A stretch of 64,000 nucleotides of DNA. Source: Octopus sinensis. Lineage: Eukaryota. Shown here piece by piece: positions 38,019-49,965 of this stretch (within the stretch, counting starts at the first letter, position 1; every line of letters begins with the position of its first letter). The notes under the pieces are model-generated. The model was not told the origin of the DNA. It saw only the letters and a program-made list of their open reading frames with translations, and made no database searches. A program made the translations under genes and the position numbers. The DNA lies in the NCBI RefSeq assembly GCF_006345805.1, contig NC_043009.1, forward strand, positions 37,944,001 to 38,008,000, in the 5' to 3' direction.

Positions 38019-38519
38019 TCCAACAAAATTTTCATGCTAATTTGTTCCAGATCCCACCTTAATAATGAGAAATTTAATTTTTAAAATTAATGGAAGCAAA
38101 AGCTACATGTGTTAACGGAAATATGGTAACAAAAGGGCAGAGTCATTACTCTCTATACAATTATTTCTAGCCTTCTTTTAGTGGGGATGGCAGGGGTACT
38201 AAGAAGGGCATTCAGCTGCAGAAACCATATTCAAGCAGACACTGGAGTACAATACAATCCTCCGACACATTGTATCTGGTCATACAGTCCAACCCATGCT
38301 TGCATGGAACATTGACATTAACAGATGATGATAATGATGATGATGATGATACACCATACATTATGTATGTTACGCTAAGTTGCCTTAATGTTTTATTATG
38401 TAATCAAATATAAGTGAACAGTATGTCTGAATTATTTCATTTCTAAATCATTCCATGGGAGACTTGTCAATCTCTTTAGTGGTATTTGGTTAAATAACTT
38501 CCTCAGTATTACTTCCCAA

Positions 38520-38822
38520 CCTATATTTATGTGTATGTGTGTATGTGTACATAGTCATACAAATGTACAGATTTATGAGTGCATATGTGTGGGTGTGCGT
38601 GTATGTGTATATATATATATACATGTGTGTATATATATATATATATATACATACATATATATACACACACACACACACGTATGTGTACATGTTTATATAT
38701 ATGTGTGTGTGTGTGTATATATATATATACACACACACACGTATGTGTACGTGTTTTTATATATGTGTGTATATATATATATAATATATACACACACACA
38801 CGTATGTGTACGTGTTTATATA

Positions 38823-38856
<34 letters not shown>

Positions 38857-38900
38857 CACATACATACATATACACACACACACACACTATACATATATTT
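38520..38900. repeat. Compound TA/TG/CA microsatellite with three 61-62-bp higher-order units
   Basis: cgtatgtgtac anchor at 38678, 38740, 38801. Confidence 0.85.
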
Positions 38901-39727
38901 ATATGTGACATGTGGGTTTCTAATTCTCTAATAACAACAAGGTTCCGACAAAAGAGTCAAAGAGTTAAGTTAGTGTAAGTGTCAAAACTCTCACGGTATA
39001 GTTCTTTTTCTTTCTTTTCTGTTTTTTTTTTTTCTTCTTTGCTTTGAATTTATTTCATATAATTAAGTCACAGGTTGACAAACAAGTACAGACCTTTCAA
39101 AAAGGAAATATTCATAACCATTTTTAAAGTAAATGTGAGAAATTGATATTGAATAGGAACTAAAAATAAATAAAATCACAAAATAGAATAAGTAGTGTGT
39201 GCGTGTTTGTGTTTGGATTGCAGCTTATTGCTCTCAATTATGGCACACCAGCTGACAAGAAAAAATACAATAAATAAACACACACACGTTTATGTGTGAG
39301 TGCATATAGGCATGTGTATGTGTGCGTATATATATATATATATATATATAAGTCAATACTTAAATGCAAAGACTTCAGTCGCAACCAGAAGGTGGGAAAG
39401 AGTGTGTGCAATACTGACAATAGATGTCAAAATAAATACTTATGGAGTTGAAACTTTCAATATTGTGACTCTCAGTTTTGTGTGTGAGCATGTACCAGTG
39501 CTTGTGTGTATTTATATGTATGTATGTATACTAATGCCTGTATTACAACTAGTGCCGTCTATGTTTGTATATAGATCACAAATATAGTCAATTTTAACCT
39601 AATGCTGTTTCAAGAGCAAATATTGATTTAATTTTAGCTTGGTCACCTTTCGTATACACCAGTGTGCAGTTTGTGTAACAATTTATATATGAGAAGGAAT
39701 AGTTTTCACTTAAGCTTAGAATATCTG

Positions 39728-39787
39728 GGATTGTCTGCCACTGAGGAGACCAAATTAGGTCAAAACACTAGTGTCTGATGATAATCC
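39728..39787 (+). ncRNA. Type I hammerhead ribozyme with one core substitution (G12A)
   Basis: CTGAGGA 39741-39747; GACC-aaatta-GGTC; AAAA in place of GAAA at 39762; palindromic ACACTAGTGT; GTC triplet; stem I CA/TG, internal loop, GGATTGTC/GATAATCC. Confidence 0.8.
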
Positions 39788-40431
39788 ACCATCATCATGA
39801 GCAAGCTCTGCCCTTCCAAACACACAACCACTTTTGAGAAATTTTTTCCGATACATAAGATTACAGCTGGTTAATAGAAACTATCTTGGATACTTCTCAG
39901 TTTGTGTAGCATTGAGAATTTCTAAAAATTCTTCTATCATAGTTTGTTGTCACGATTGGATATATTATATCAATGCCTAGTTGTAGAAATAATGGTCGAA
40001 GTATCAGATTAAACGCATGACATCATTGAGTTATGTCACTTCTTATATTTCATGTACACATCCTGTTGAAGCTGACATTGTTTGTCATGTTTTTAGGATT
40101 GATAAAATAATGAGATGATTCAGTGCTGGGGGGATGGATTAAGTTCAAAACCAACTACACTTCCTCTCAAAATGTGTGGCTTTATGCCAATACTGAAAAT
40201 TTTCCTCCTCCTCTTTGCTGCTGTCACTATCACAATCATCATCATCATTATTATTATTATAAATATTAGGTATGGCTGTGTGGTCTCTGGTTCAGTCCCA
40301 TGTGACACCTTGGAGAAGTGTCATCTAATATAGTCCCAGGTCAACCAAAGCTTTGTAAGTGGATTTGGTAGACAGAAACTGAAGGAAGACCATCATATAT
40401 GTGTGTGTGTGTGTTCCCTTGTCTTGATATC

Positions 40432-40587
40432 ACATTGACATTAACAGATGATGATGATGATACACCATATATTATGTATGTTACGCTAAGTTGCCTTAAT
40501 GTTTTATGTCTCCCATGGAATGATTTAGAAATGAAATAATTCAGACATACTGTTCACTTATATTTGATTATATAATAAAACATTAAG
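40432..40587. repeat. Templated copy of 38309-38463, second half inverted
   Basis: 40432-40507 is a direct copy of 38309-38396; 40508-40587 is the reverse complement of 38384-38463 (one mismatch seen). Confidence 0.92.
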
Positions 40588-40868
40588 CAAGCTTCCCTTT
40601 CATACAAGTGATGATGTTTGTTTCTAGTCCTCCACTGGAAATGCATCTAATTATGGGGGACATATTACCTTACTTGGGAAAGAGGATAGAGAGAGAGAAA
40701 GAGAAAGACAGAGATATAAAGTTACAAGGATGAAATACAAAACTGACCGTGGCAGGATTTGAACTCAGATCATAGAGGCTTGCAAAAAATGCTGCAAGGA
40801 ATTCTTCTTACACTCTAAACTCTAATGACTCTACCACCTTAATCTCATATTTATAATATTTCAGGCAT

Positions 40869-40903
<35 letters not shown>

Positions 40904-41828
40904 AAATACATAAATAAAAATTTCTCAAAAACCCTAAAATAATAAAAAAAAAAGCTTTGCTAACTTTGAGCATTTAACAAATGAATGTCTGTTTGACAAA
41001 AATCTTCAAAAGATTTTTGGTATGCTGTGTGTTAGAGTGAAATTTGTCACCATACTTTTAACGAAGTATCCTCACTGGGTTAATTTACTCTGGTCCTGCT
41101 TTTAATTGGTTTGTGACAGTGACAATTTGATTATTAAGTCAGTACCTGATACTCTTTCACTAATTAAATTGGAATCCTTGTCAATAAAATAATACTACTG
41201 ACGATGATGATGAAAAATATTAAAAATAATTACAATAGTGCTATGATAGGGGGAAAGCAGTAGATACTGTTATTATTATTACTATTATTATCACTACTAC
41301 TACTATCAAAAATAAAAATATCAAATGTACAAAATTGATTGTTTTTCTTAAATACTTATTTTTTTATGAAGTTGATAGAAGTTTTAATTTAAGATAAATT
41401 AAGCTCTCATTATATAATTTTTTTTTAAAGTGGTAGTCCCAAGTGTATGGTTGTGTCTTAAAGCAAGGAGAACAATTCAGAAATGAGGAAAAAATACAAA
41501 CAAAACAAAATGCATAAAAAAAAAAAAATTACTGAATAAAATTCAACATATTTGAGATATTTTCTGAATTTTTAAGTTGAGAAAAAAAAAAAAAACAAAA
41601 AAAAAGTAAAAGTCAAATATAATTCAAAGGAGTAAAATGTTGGAAGAGCTTCAAGTTTATTAGAATTGATAAAAGGAGTTATAATAGAGATAGGCAGCTT
41701 AAGAACTAATAATGATGATTATTAAAACAGGCTGAAGTCCACAAATAATTTTAGGAGAAGTGACCCTTTAATTAAATCAGCCCTACTATTTGAGTTTGGT
41801 GAGCTGGCAGAATTGTTAGCATGTTGGA

Positions 41829-41983
41829 CAATGGCCTAGTGGTTAGGGCAGCGGACTCGCGGTCGCAGGATCGCGGTTTCGATTCTCAGACCGGGCGTTG
41901 TGTGTGTTTATTGAGCGAAAACACCTAAAAGCTCTACGAGGCTCCGGCAGGGGGTGGTGATCCCTGCTGTACTCTTTCACCAC
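41829..41983 (+). mobile_element. Young CpG-rich tRNA-SINE head (family E)
   Basis: A box tggcctagtggttag and B box ggtttcgattc; no acceptor stem. Confidence 0.7.
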
Positions 41984-42349
41984 AATGGCGGTGCCCCAGC
42001 ATGGCCACAGCTCAAGAGCTGAAACTGGAAAAACAAAACAAAAACAAAACAAAATATTCAGTAGCATTTCTTTAAGCTCTTTACATTCGGAGTTCAAATC
42101 CCTATGTGATCGATAAAATAAAGTACCAGTTAGGTACTGGGATCAATGTAGTCAACTTGTTTGCTTCCTTCAAAATAGCTGGACTTGTTGAACCTTGCAA
42201 TGACTGGAATCCCATTCAGAGGGATTGTTGTGATCTTGATCACTTAATCACCATAAAAGCCAGGTAACGTATTTTGTGAACACCAGAACAATAAAATGTG
42301 AAGCCAACTCTAATAGGAATTGAACTCAGAATGCAAAGGGAATGAATTT

Positions 42350-42793
42350 ATGAACCTTTATTAAGGTGAGACAGTGTCACGTGACAACTTGCTGGGACTG
42401 CCTGTGAGGTGACGGTCGTTTAGAAAAAGCGCGGGCTAAAACTACGCACCTTCACTAGTCAGTTAAGGTGAGACAGTGTCATGTGACAACTTTCTGGGGC
42501 TGCCTGCTGGAGCCTATGCGGCAGGTATTTAAAGGGAAAAATTTGACAAGACAGTCAGTCACCGGCTGACACTCACTGACAATACATCGAAGAGGCCAGG
42601 GAACAGAAGAAAGAAGACATGCACCCAACACCAGAGCTGAAGACACCTCCGAAAGTGGGGGCCCTGCCACGTCAAAACAGTAGAGGAGTAGGGGCCAAAA
42701 CCGGACGTGGTTCCTCCTGATGATGTCTTGAGCTAACTGGATCCTATAAAGGAGCTGTTGTGGTAGCAGACCACGAAACACAGTTGTAATTCC
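42350..42793 (+). mobile_element. 444-bp GC-rich insert, putative Penelope-like pseudo-LTR or solo-LTR-like element
   Basis: flanked by aatgaattt at 42341-42349 and 42794-42802; interrupts a Meta-like SINE; carries a 44-bp direct repeat, TATA/Inr and CTGATGA...GAAA. Confidence 0.5.
42361..42560 (+). promoter_or_regulatory. Putative Pol II promoter: two E-box/M-box repeats, TATTTAAA and Inr TCAGTC
   Basis: GTCACGTGAC 42376-42385; GTCATGTGAC 42478-42487; TATTTAAA 42526-42533; TCAGTC 42555-42560 with its A 31 nt after the TATA start. Confidence 0.4.
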
Positions 42794-42989
42794 AATGAAT
42801 TTTGGTATTAGCCTGGAGCTCTATTTTTTTCTGTATATCTACTGATTCTTGCTAAAGTAGGAATAATGGTAACATAAAGGTGTGAAATATAATAAGGTGC
42901 AGGGAATGGCCAACAGCAAATGACAAATAAGAATATAGATTTGAATTAACTCTTTTGGTACAGAAAAAAAAAGCAAAAAACAAAAAAAA

Positions 42990-43540
42990 ACTGGCATTCT
43001 GTCAGTTATGACAATGAGTATTCTAGTCGATACAGTCAATGGAAGACCTTGCTTATGAAATTAAAATGCAAGTGGTTGAGCACTTCAAAGACACATGTAC
43101 CCTTAACCCTTTTGTTACTGTATTTATTTTGAGATGATCTGTATTTCTTTCAATTACTTGAAATATAACAAAGAATTTAGTAAAATAACTTGGTTATCAT
43201 TCAGCTAGTTTTAGGAGCATAAATTGTGACTAAGGTTTGGTGAAAGATTTTAATTCAAAACTTATGAAAACAAGACATTTTATTCAGAGCCAGGGCCAGT
43301 TTCAGCCGGGCTGGTAATGAAAGGGTTAAAGTTGTTCTCAGGGAGATTCAGCATGACACAGAAATGTGACAAGGCTGGCCCTTCGGGTTACATGTAGAAT
43401 TCATTTTTGCTAGCTAAGTGGACTGGAGCAATGTGAAATAAAGTGTCTTACTCAAAGACACAATGCACCAACAGGAATTGATCTCATGACGTTATGACTG
43501 AGTTGAATACCTTAAGCATTAAGCCATGCGCCTTCACTCT
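42990..43540 (-). mobile_element. tRNA-SINE family E interrupted by a MITE
   Basis: reverse head gtgaaggcgcatggcttaatg near 43535; body split at a duplicated TTAA. Confidence 0.7.
43103..43329 (+). mobile_element. piggyBac-like MITE family 2, full length
   Basis: ttaacccttttgttac ... gtaatgaaagggttaa; TTAA duplicated. Confidence 0.85.
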
Positions 43541-45129
43541 TTTGGTACTAACTTTCTTGAGAGAGACTGCCCTTGGTCCTATGCTATAAACTTTGTTTCA
43601 AAGGGGTCTGTATTAAACATTTCCCACAAAATTTCATGTTAATTTATGCTCCCAGCTTCATAACAACAATTATTTTACTAAAATCTTCATTTTCATAATT
43701 AATCAAAGAAAAAAAAGAAGAAAGAAACAGTGTATTTTTACTGAAATATAGGAATGAAAGTGTTAAAGTGGCCTAAATTAAAAACTTCTATAAAAAATTT
43801 CATGTTATTTTATGTTCCAAACATCAACTTAATAATAACAAAATTATTTTACTGAATTCTTTGTTATTTCCAAAATCAATTGAAACCAAGGCAGTGTATT
43901 TCTACAGAAATATGGTAGCAAAAGGGATAAAAAACAGTAAATTTATATGAAGGTTTAGTTAGAGAGAATCTGTGAATATACATATGGAAAACTTAACCAA
44001 TTATGTTAATGGAATCAAAAATTTTGTTGCAACTTTCTCAATCTTTAATGATGAATGATTTATGAGTAATTCAGTGAAGCATCTGCAAGTCTTTCTTCAT
44101 ACTTGCTAGAATTTGTAATAATTATTTTCTCCTATCTTTTATCTTTAGATCAATATCCCTTTGGGGAGTTTTTAAAAATTATTTTTCTGTTTCCACACAT
44201 TTTCCTACTAATTCTCAACATGCCACAGTTAAGACTGAACCTTAATTACACTAACAAGACTCAACCATCCTTTCTACCATTCCAGTGCTTCTCAACTTTT
44301 TCCTTCCCATGATCCCCTTTTATTTAAGTAAATTTTCCCCCATGGACCCAGGATGTGGAAAGGTCTGTCAACTCAATAAGGTAATTCATTAACTAACAAC
44401 AAACTCGTTTTCCCAGCTTCATCTCTCATTTATGCAAGAGAATAATTAATTGGCTAATTATACATTTTACACTACAGCCTTTTGATATTTTAAACACCAT
44501 TCACAACCCCTCCCCCTCCAGTACCGTCTTTATGAATCCCTTCTCCCACCTCAGGGGTTCATGAACCATAGGCTTGAAACCTACAGCTTAGAAAGTCATG
44601 GCGACAGTCTGTCTTCTTGGATCTAACAGAAATAATAGAAGAATTCTGTCCATATTTGCTGTTGTTATTGAGCAGTTCTGTTTATTATGCGATAACTTAT
44701 TGAACACTTTGAAACAATCCACATGCCCAGTCTCTTGATAAACAGACAATATAAAATATTGAACGTTTTGACCCTTTCGTTAACACATTTCTATTAAGCT
44801 ACACGACAAGCTTTGTTTTAATTCATCTTGAAAATAATGAAGTATTTAGTAAAATAACTTTGTCATAATTAAGCTGGTGTTTAAGGCAGTGAGCTGGCAG
44901 AATCATTAGCATGTTTGACAAAAGGCAAGCTGTTCAGGGGAAATGTTGTGATCTTGGTCACTTATGCGCCATGGAAACCTGGTAACTAGCCTTATTAGTT
45001 TCAGAGCTCAAGGTGAAAAAAGCAGACCAAAAAAAAAAAAAAATCCTTGGTGTTTGGAACATAAATTAACATGTAATTCTGATGTAAGGTTTCTAATGTG
45101 GATCACTTTAACCCTTATTTATTCACATT

Positions 45130-45500
45130 CTTCTTCTTCGTTTAATGTCCATTTTCCATGCTAGCATAGGTTGGACGGTTCAACCGGGGTCTGGAAAGGC
45201 AGGAGGCTGCGCCAGGCTCCAGTCTGATCTGGTAGTGTTTCTACAACTGGATGCCCTTCCTAACGCCAACCACTCTGTGAGTGTAGTGGATGCTTTTTAT
45301 GTGCCACCGGCACAGGGGCCAGAGGAGGCTGGCAAACGGCCACGATTGGCTGGTGCTTTTTACGTGTCACCGACATGGACGTCAGTCAGGTGGTGCTGGC
45401 ATCAGCCACGTTTGGATGGTGCTTTTTACGTGACACCGGCACGGGTATCATAACTACAATTTCCATTTGATTTTTATTTTGATGTTGATGTACTTGACTC
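45130..45500 (-). mobile_element. SINE family C with about 3 divergent VNTR units
   Basis: gtgctttttacgtg(t/a)caccg repeated; tttccatgctagcataggttggacgg tail. Confidence 0.8.
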
Positions 45501-48500
45501 AATAGGTCTCCTCAAGCACAGCGGGTCACCCTACGATCCAAGGTTAGCACAGCAGGCTGCCCAACATTGTAAGGTAGATTTGAGAAGCTAGATCTGGCCA
45601 GTTTCAACATGAAGGTAGAATATTTAGGCTGGACATAGCCAGTTTTAATGCTAAAGGGTTAAAACAGGAAGTTTGTAACACAGTGACAGGGGCCAGTCTC
45701 AGGAGGGTCAATATCAAAAAGTGACTAAGACATACTCCATCATTATGAAGTTTCATCATTATGAAGTTGTGGCTATATCCATTTTCATAATGATAATGCA
45801 TTATTAAGGAGGTGAGCTGGAAGAATAGTGAGAGTGTCAGAGAAGAACACCGTGTGGTATTGTGGTTCTTTATGTTCTGAGTTCAAATCCCACTAAAGAC
45901 AACTACGTCTTTCGTCCTTTTGAGATAGATAAAAATAAAGTACCAGTCATGTACAAGTTCAATGGTATTGATTAACACTCTCCCCTCAAAACTTTTGGTT
46001 CTGTGCCTAAATCAGAGACACTGTTGTCTTATCATTCCTAAAAGTATGATAGGTGTGATAGGCAAAGTCAACTCTTAAAGGTTATGCACACAAAATGTAG
46101 TAAGACTGTTTGTTGAACTGCTAGGTCATGGAACATAACACACAGAGAACTGGTATCAATGTAAAGGCAAACATAGAGAAGACATACATAAACAGAAATT
46201 TCAGTAGAACTGGTAGATGGAAACGGAGAAGAAGGCAGTTATACACACACACAGAAGTACACACACATGCATACACATAAATACACATGCATGCATATAC
46301 ATAAGTATATACACACATACACACACACAGCTATATATATGGTATATGACAATTTATATCAATATATGATTTACATCATCACAGAAAGGTTAATGTCATT
46401 ATATTCAAAACGTTAAGGTTTCTTTTCTTTTTAATGTTTTCAACAATTTCCATGAAATCTATCGATATTAGTATCAAGACAAGAATTGAAAATATTTGTG
46501 AATATAAAAGACAAAGAAAGAAAAACACACACACACACACTAAAAAAAAAATAGTTACCTAAATATAAAATTTAATTATACTCCTAAACTTACTGACATT
46601 TCATAGATAATACAATTGGAAATATGTATTTATCCAAATTTTTATAGTTAAATAGCTTTAAGCTGTATGTTAAATCATTATCTGAAAGATTTACCACATT
46701 TTCAAGAGAGAAAGAGTGTTTGTTTCAGACTTGTTTGTTTATTTTGAAAGAATGAAAATTGTTAATGTAGTTTTTTTTTTATTCAAGTTGTCACAAATTC
46801 CTTTAGGTTACTAATTTATATAGCATCAATATAGATTGTCTATTTTGAAAAGCACCACAAAGATTAATGGCAAAAAAAAAAAAACGATAATAATAATAAT
46901 AATAATAATAATAATAGTAATAATAATAATAATAACGATGATGATGAATCGTAAGATTATAATCATAGGTAAATAATTCTCGGTGAGTTTTTGAAAACTG
47001 AAACTCCTCGACAAATGTATTTGAAATAAATACGTTTGACAAAAATCATTGAAAAGTAGACAGTGATGATGATAGGAAAATGTGAATTTGGTAGCATTAA
47101 CAACAGATCACAGGTTGCTAAAACTTTACAATTTATTAGTCTTTTGAAGTAATAATTACAGAGTTTGAATTCAATTTAAACTTCTATCAAACAAACTTAA
47201 ATTAAAGTGCAGTTTAACCAAATACTCTCACATATAAGACACACAACTAATGTTTTATATATATATATTGACTCAAATGATATTGGAGAAGTCGCATAAC
47301 ACTATGTAAGTTATTTTTCCATTATTTATTGACATAGAGGAGTGGTACACACCCTTAACTTTCGTGGGCCACCATGGTAGGGTTTGGTGGAGGTGGTGGT
47401 GATGATAGGGGGTTGATGTTTAGCAGAGAGGGTTTAAGAGATAAAACATTGTGTGAATGATGAAAAGATGAAAGGCAGGTAATTTCATTTACTGTGTTTA
47501 TTCAGGAATAAGTCACAATATTATATATTTGATTTTAACTGAAAAAAAAAAACAACAAAAAACAACTGGGGTACAACATACACGTGGGGCAATGCTAAAA
47601 CTGAAGGGAAAAAAATTTGTACCAAGATTCAACTCTAAATTTAAGGTGTAACTTATACACAGGTATGACTTATTACACAAGCAAATAAGGTACTCATTTG
47701 TATTTTTAACTTTTAGTCAGGAAGGATGGATAGTATCTAAGCACTTAAGGGTTTCCGAAACAGGTGGGAGAAAGGGATGGGGGGTGGGTGGGTGCAAGAT
47801 AACCTTAAAGCAGAGACCCGACCTGAATATTTGCAACAATGTGGACTTCATTACAGGTGCCCAAGGATCAGCAGGTGATGCTGAATAGGGCAACAAATTA
47901 AGTCTACCATCCATGTAGGTGTCAGCATGATTTGAACTCAATATATAAAAAGTAGGAACAGAAGTTACAAGGTATATTACCTGATACTCTAAGCCAGCCA
48001 TTGCCACTGGTCTGCTGTCTTCTAGAGCTACCATCAACCAAATTCACTAACAAAGCATTGGTTGATGTTAGCCTATTGTAGACTACATTTGCTCAGGGTG
48101 TTGTACAGTGGAACTGAACCCTAAATCACATGGTTATGAAGTAAATTTCTTACCACGGCTGTACTACTTACTTACTTTATTATTATGCTTAGTGGCATTT
48201 CGGTTCTGTAGTTATGCTCTGAGTTCAAATTCCATCAAGGGCAGCTTTGCCTTTCATCCTTTTGGGGTTGATAAAATAAGCACCAGTTGAAACTGGGGTC
48301 AATGTAATTGACTTAATACCTCCATGAAAGTGCTGGCCTTGGGCCAAAATTTGAAATCATATTCATCATTATTATTATTATTATATTATTATTATTAAGG
48401 CAGTGTGTTGACAGATTTGTTAGCATACCAGATAAAATGCTTAGTGGCATTTTGTCCATCCATGTTCTGAGTTGAAATTCCTTCAATGTTGACTGTCTTT

Positions 48501-48727
48501 CATCCTTTCAGGGTTGATGAAATAAGTACCAGTCAAGTACTGGGGTAGATGTTATCAATTAAACCCATCAAGTAGAGAGGATTATTATCATTACTATTGA
48601 AAACGAAATATTTTATGGTTTTGAAGGGGAAAGCAGGATCTACAAACCACTTTTTCAGGACAGCTAAAACTGGTAAGAGGGATGGTGGGAGTTATTCCCA
48701 GACTGAGGAATTAAGACAAATTCTTAT

Positions 48728-49141
48728 GTTTTTTATCGCGCACAAGGGGCTAAACACAGAGGGGACAAACAAGGACAGACAAAGGGATTAAATCGATTAC
48801 ATCGATCCCAGTGCATAACTGGTACTTAATTTATTGACCCAGAAAGGATGAAAGACAAAGTCGACCTCGTCAGAATTTGAACTCAAAACGTAACAGCAGA
48901 TGAAATACCTGTTTCTTTACTACCCACAAGGGGCTAAACACAGAGGAGACAAACAAGGACAGACAGACGGATTAAGTCAATTATATCGACCTCAGTGCGT
49001 AACTGGTACTTAATTTATCGATCCCGAAAGGATGAAAGGTAAAGTTAACCATGGCAGAATTTGAACACAGAACGTAACAGCAGACGAAATACCGCTAAGC
49101 ATTTCACCCTGCGTGCTAACGTTTATGCCAGCTCGCTGCCT
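48728..49141 (-). mobile_element. Dimeric Meta-domain-like SINE
   Basis: same monomer junction (aagaaacag/gtatttc on the minus strand) at 48908/48909. Confidence 0.88.
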
Positions 49142-49472
49142 GAAGCCACATTCTTGCAGTACGGCTGACTCTGCAAAGGGCACCCAAATATCCTTCTTGT
49201 TGCTAACTCATTATCCGTTTCCAAACCAGACATGTTTTTCATGAAAGAGTGGAAACAAACAACTTTGCTTGTATGATGACAACTATCATACACGGAGTAC
49301 AGACACAGAGACCAGACTATCAAATCCATTCACAAGACTTGGATTAGGCTGGAGCTATAGTAGAAGACACTTACCCAAGGTAGTGTTTAGTGAGACTGAA
49401 CTCAGGATCACATGGTTAGGAAGCAAGCTTCTTAATTATACAGTCATACCTACACCAACACACAGACAGACA

Positions 49473-49509
<37 letters not shown>

Positions 49510-49928
49510 AACATTTTCTTCTGAGCCATCACGAGATATTCTTATCTCTGGACCAGTATTATTAATTTTAATTTAAAAGAACATTTGATATATTACCTCT
49601 AAGGATTATTACAAGAAACCAAATCTCATTTAATCCTGTTATTCTTTAACCTAATTTTCTTCCTAAGGTAGATGAGAGAAGGTAAAATTAGCAGCTTAAA
49701 CTGATAATACTGCTACAATAAGTCCCTGTGTATACATTCACAGTTCCACTGCACCTTCTTGAGTTAATTCATTTCTTAACTACCCCTCCAAAGATGCCCA
49801 ACCCTCCTGCTATACTTCTTATAGATTAAATCTGCTTCATCAGTTTCTCATATATATACCTGGAAAAACATTATAAACACATATATATATTTACACACAC
49901 CTATACAAATGCACATACACCTACACAT

Positions 49929-49965
<37 letters not shown>

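Noticed and set aside
38490-38978. Long overlapping ORFs of 80-160 aa (also 56081-56613 and many others)
   Set aside because: They are translations of TA/TG/CA microsatellites (YI, CV, HT runs), not genes
41829-41905. Possible tRNA gene
   Set aside because: A and B boxes are present, but there is no acceptor stem and the sequence continues as a SINE body
42637-42654. Second CTGAAGA...GAAA in the 444-bp insert
   Set aside because: The intervening cacctcc cannot form stem II
47857-47874. 18-nt collagen-like micro-exon (GAQGSA)
   Set aside because: Weak acceptor, and no other Gly-X-Y exons found in the window
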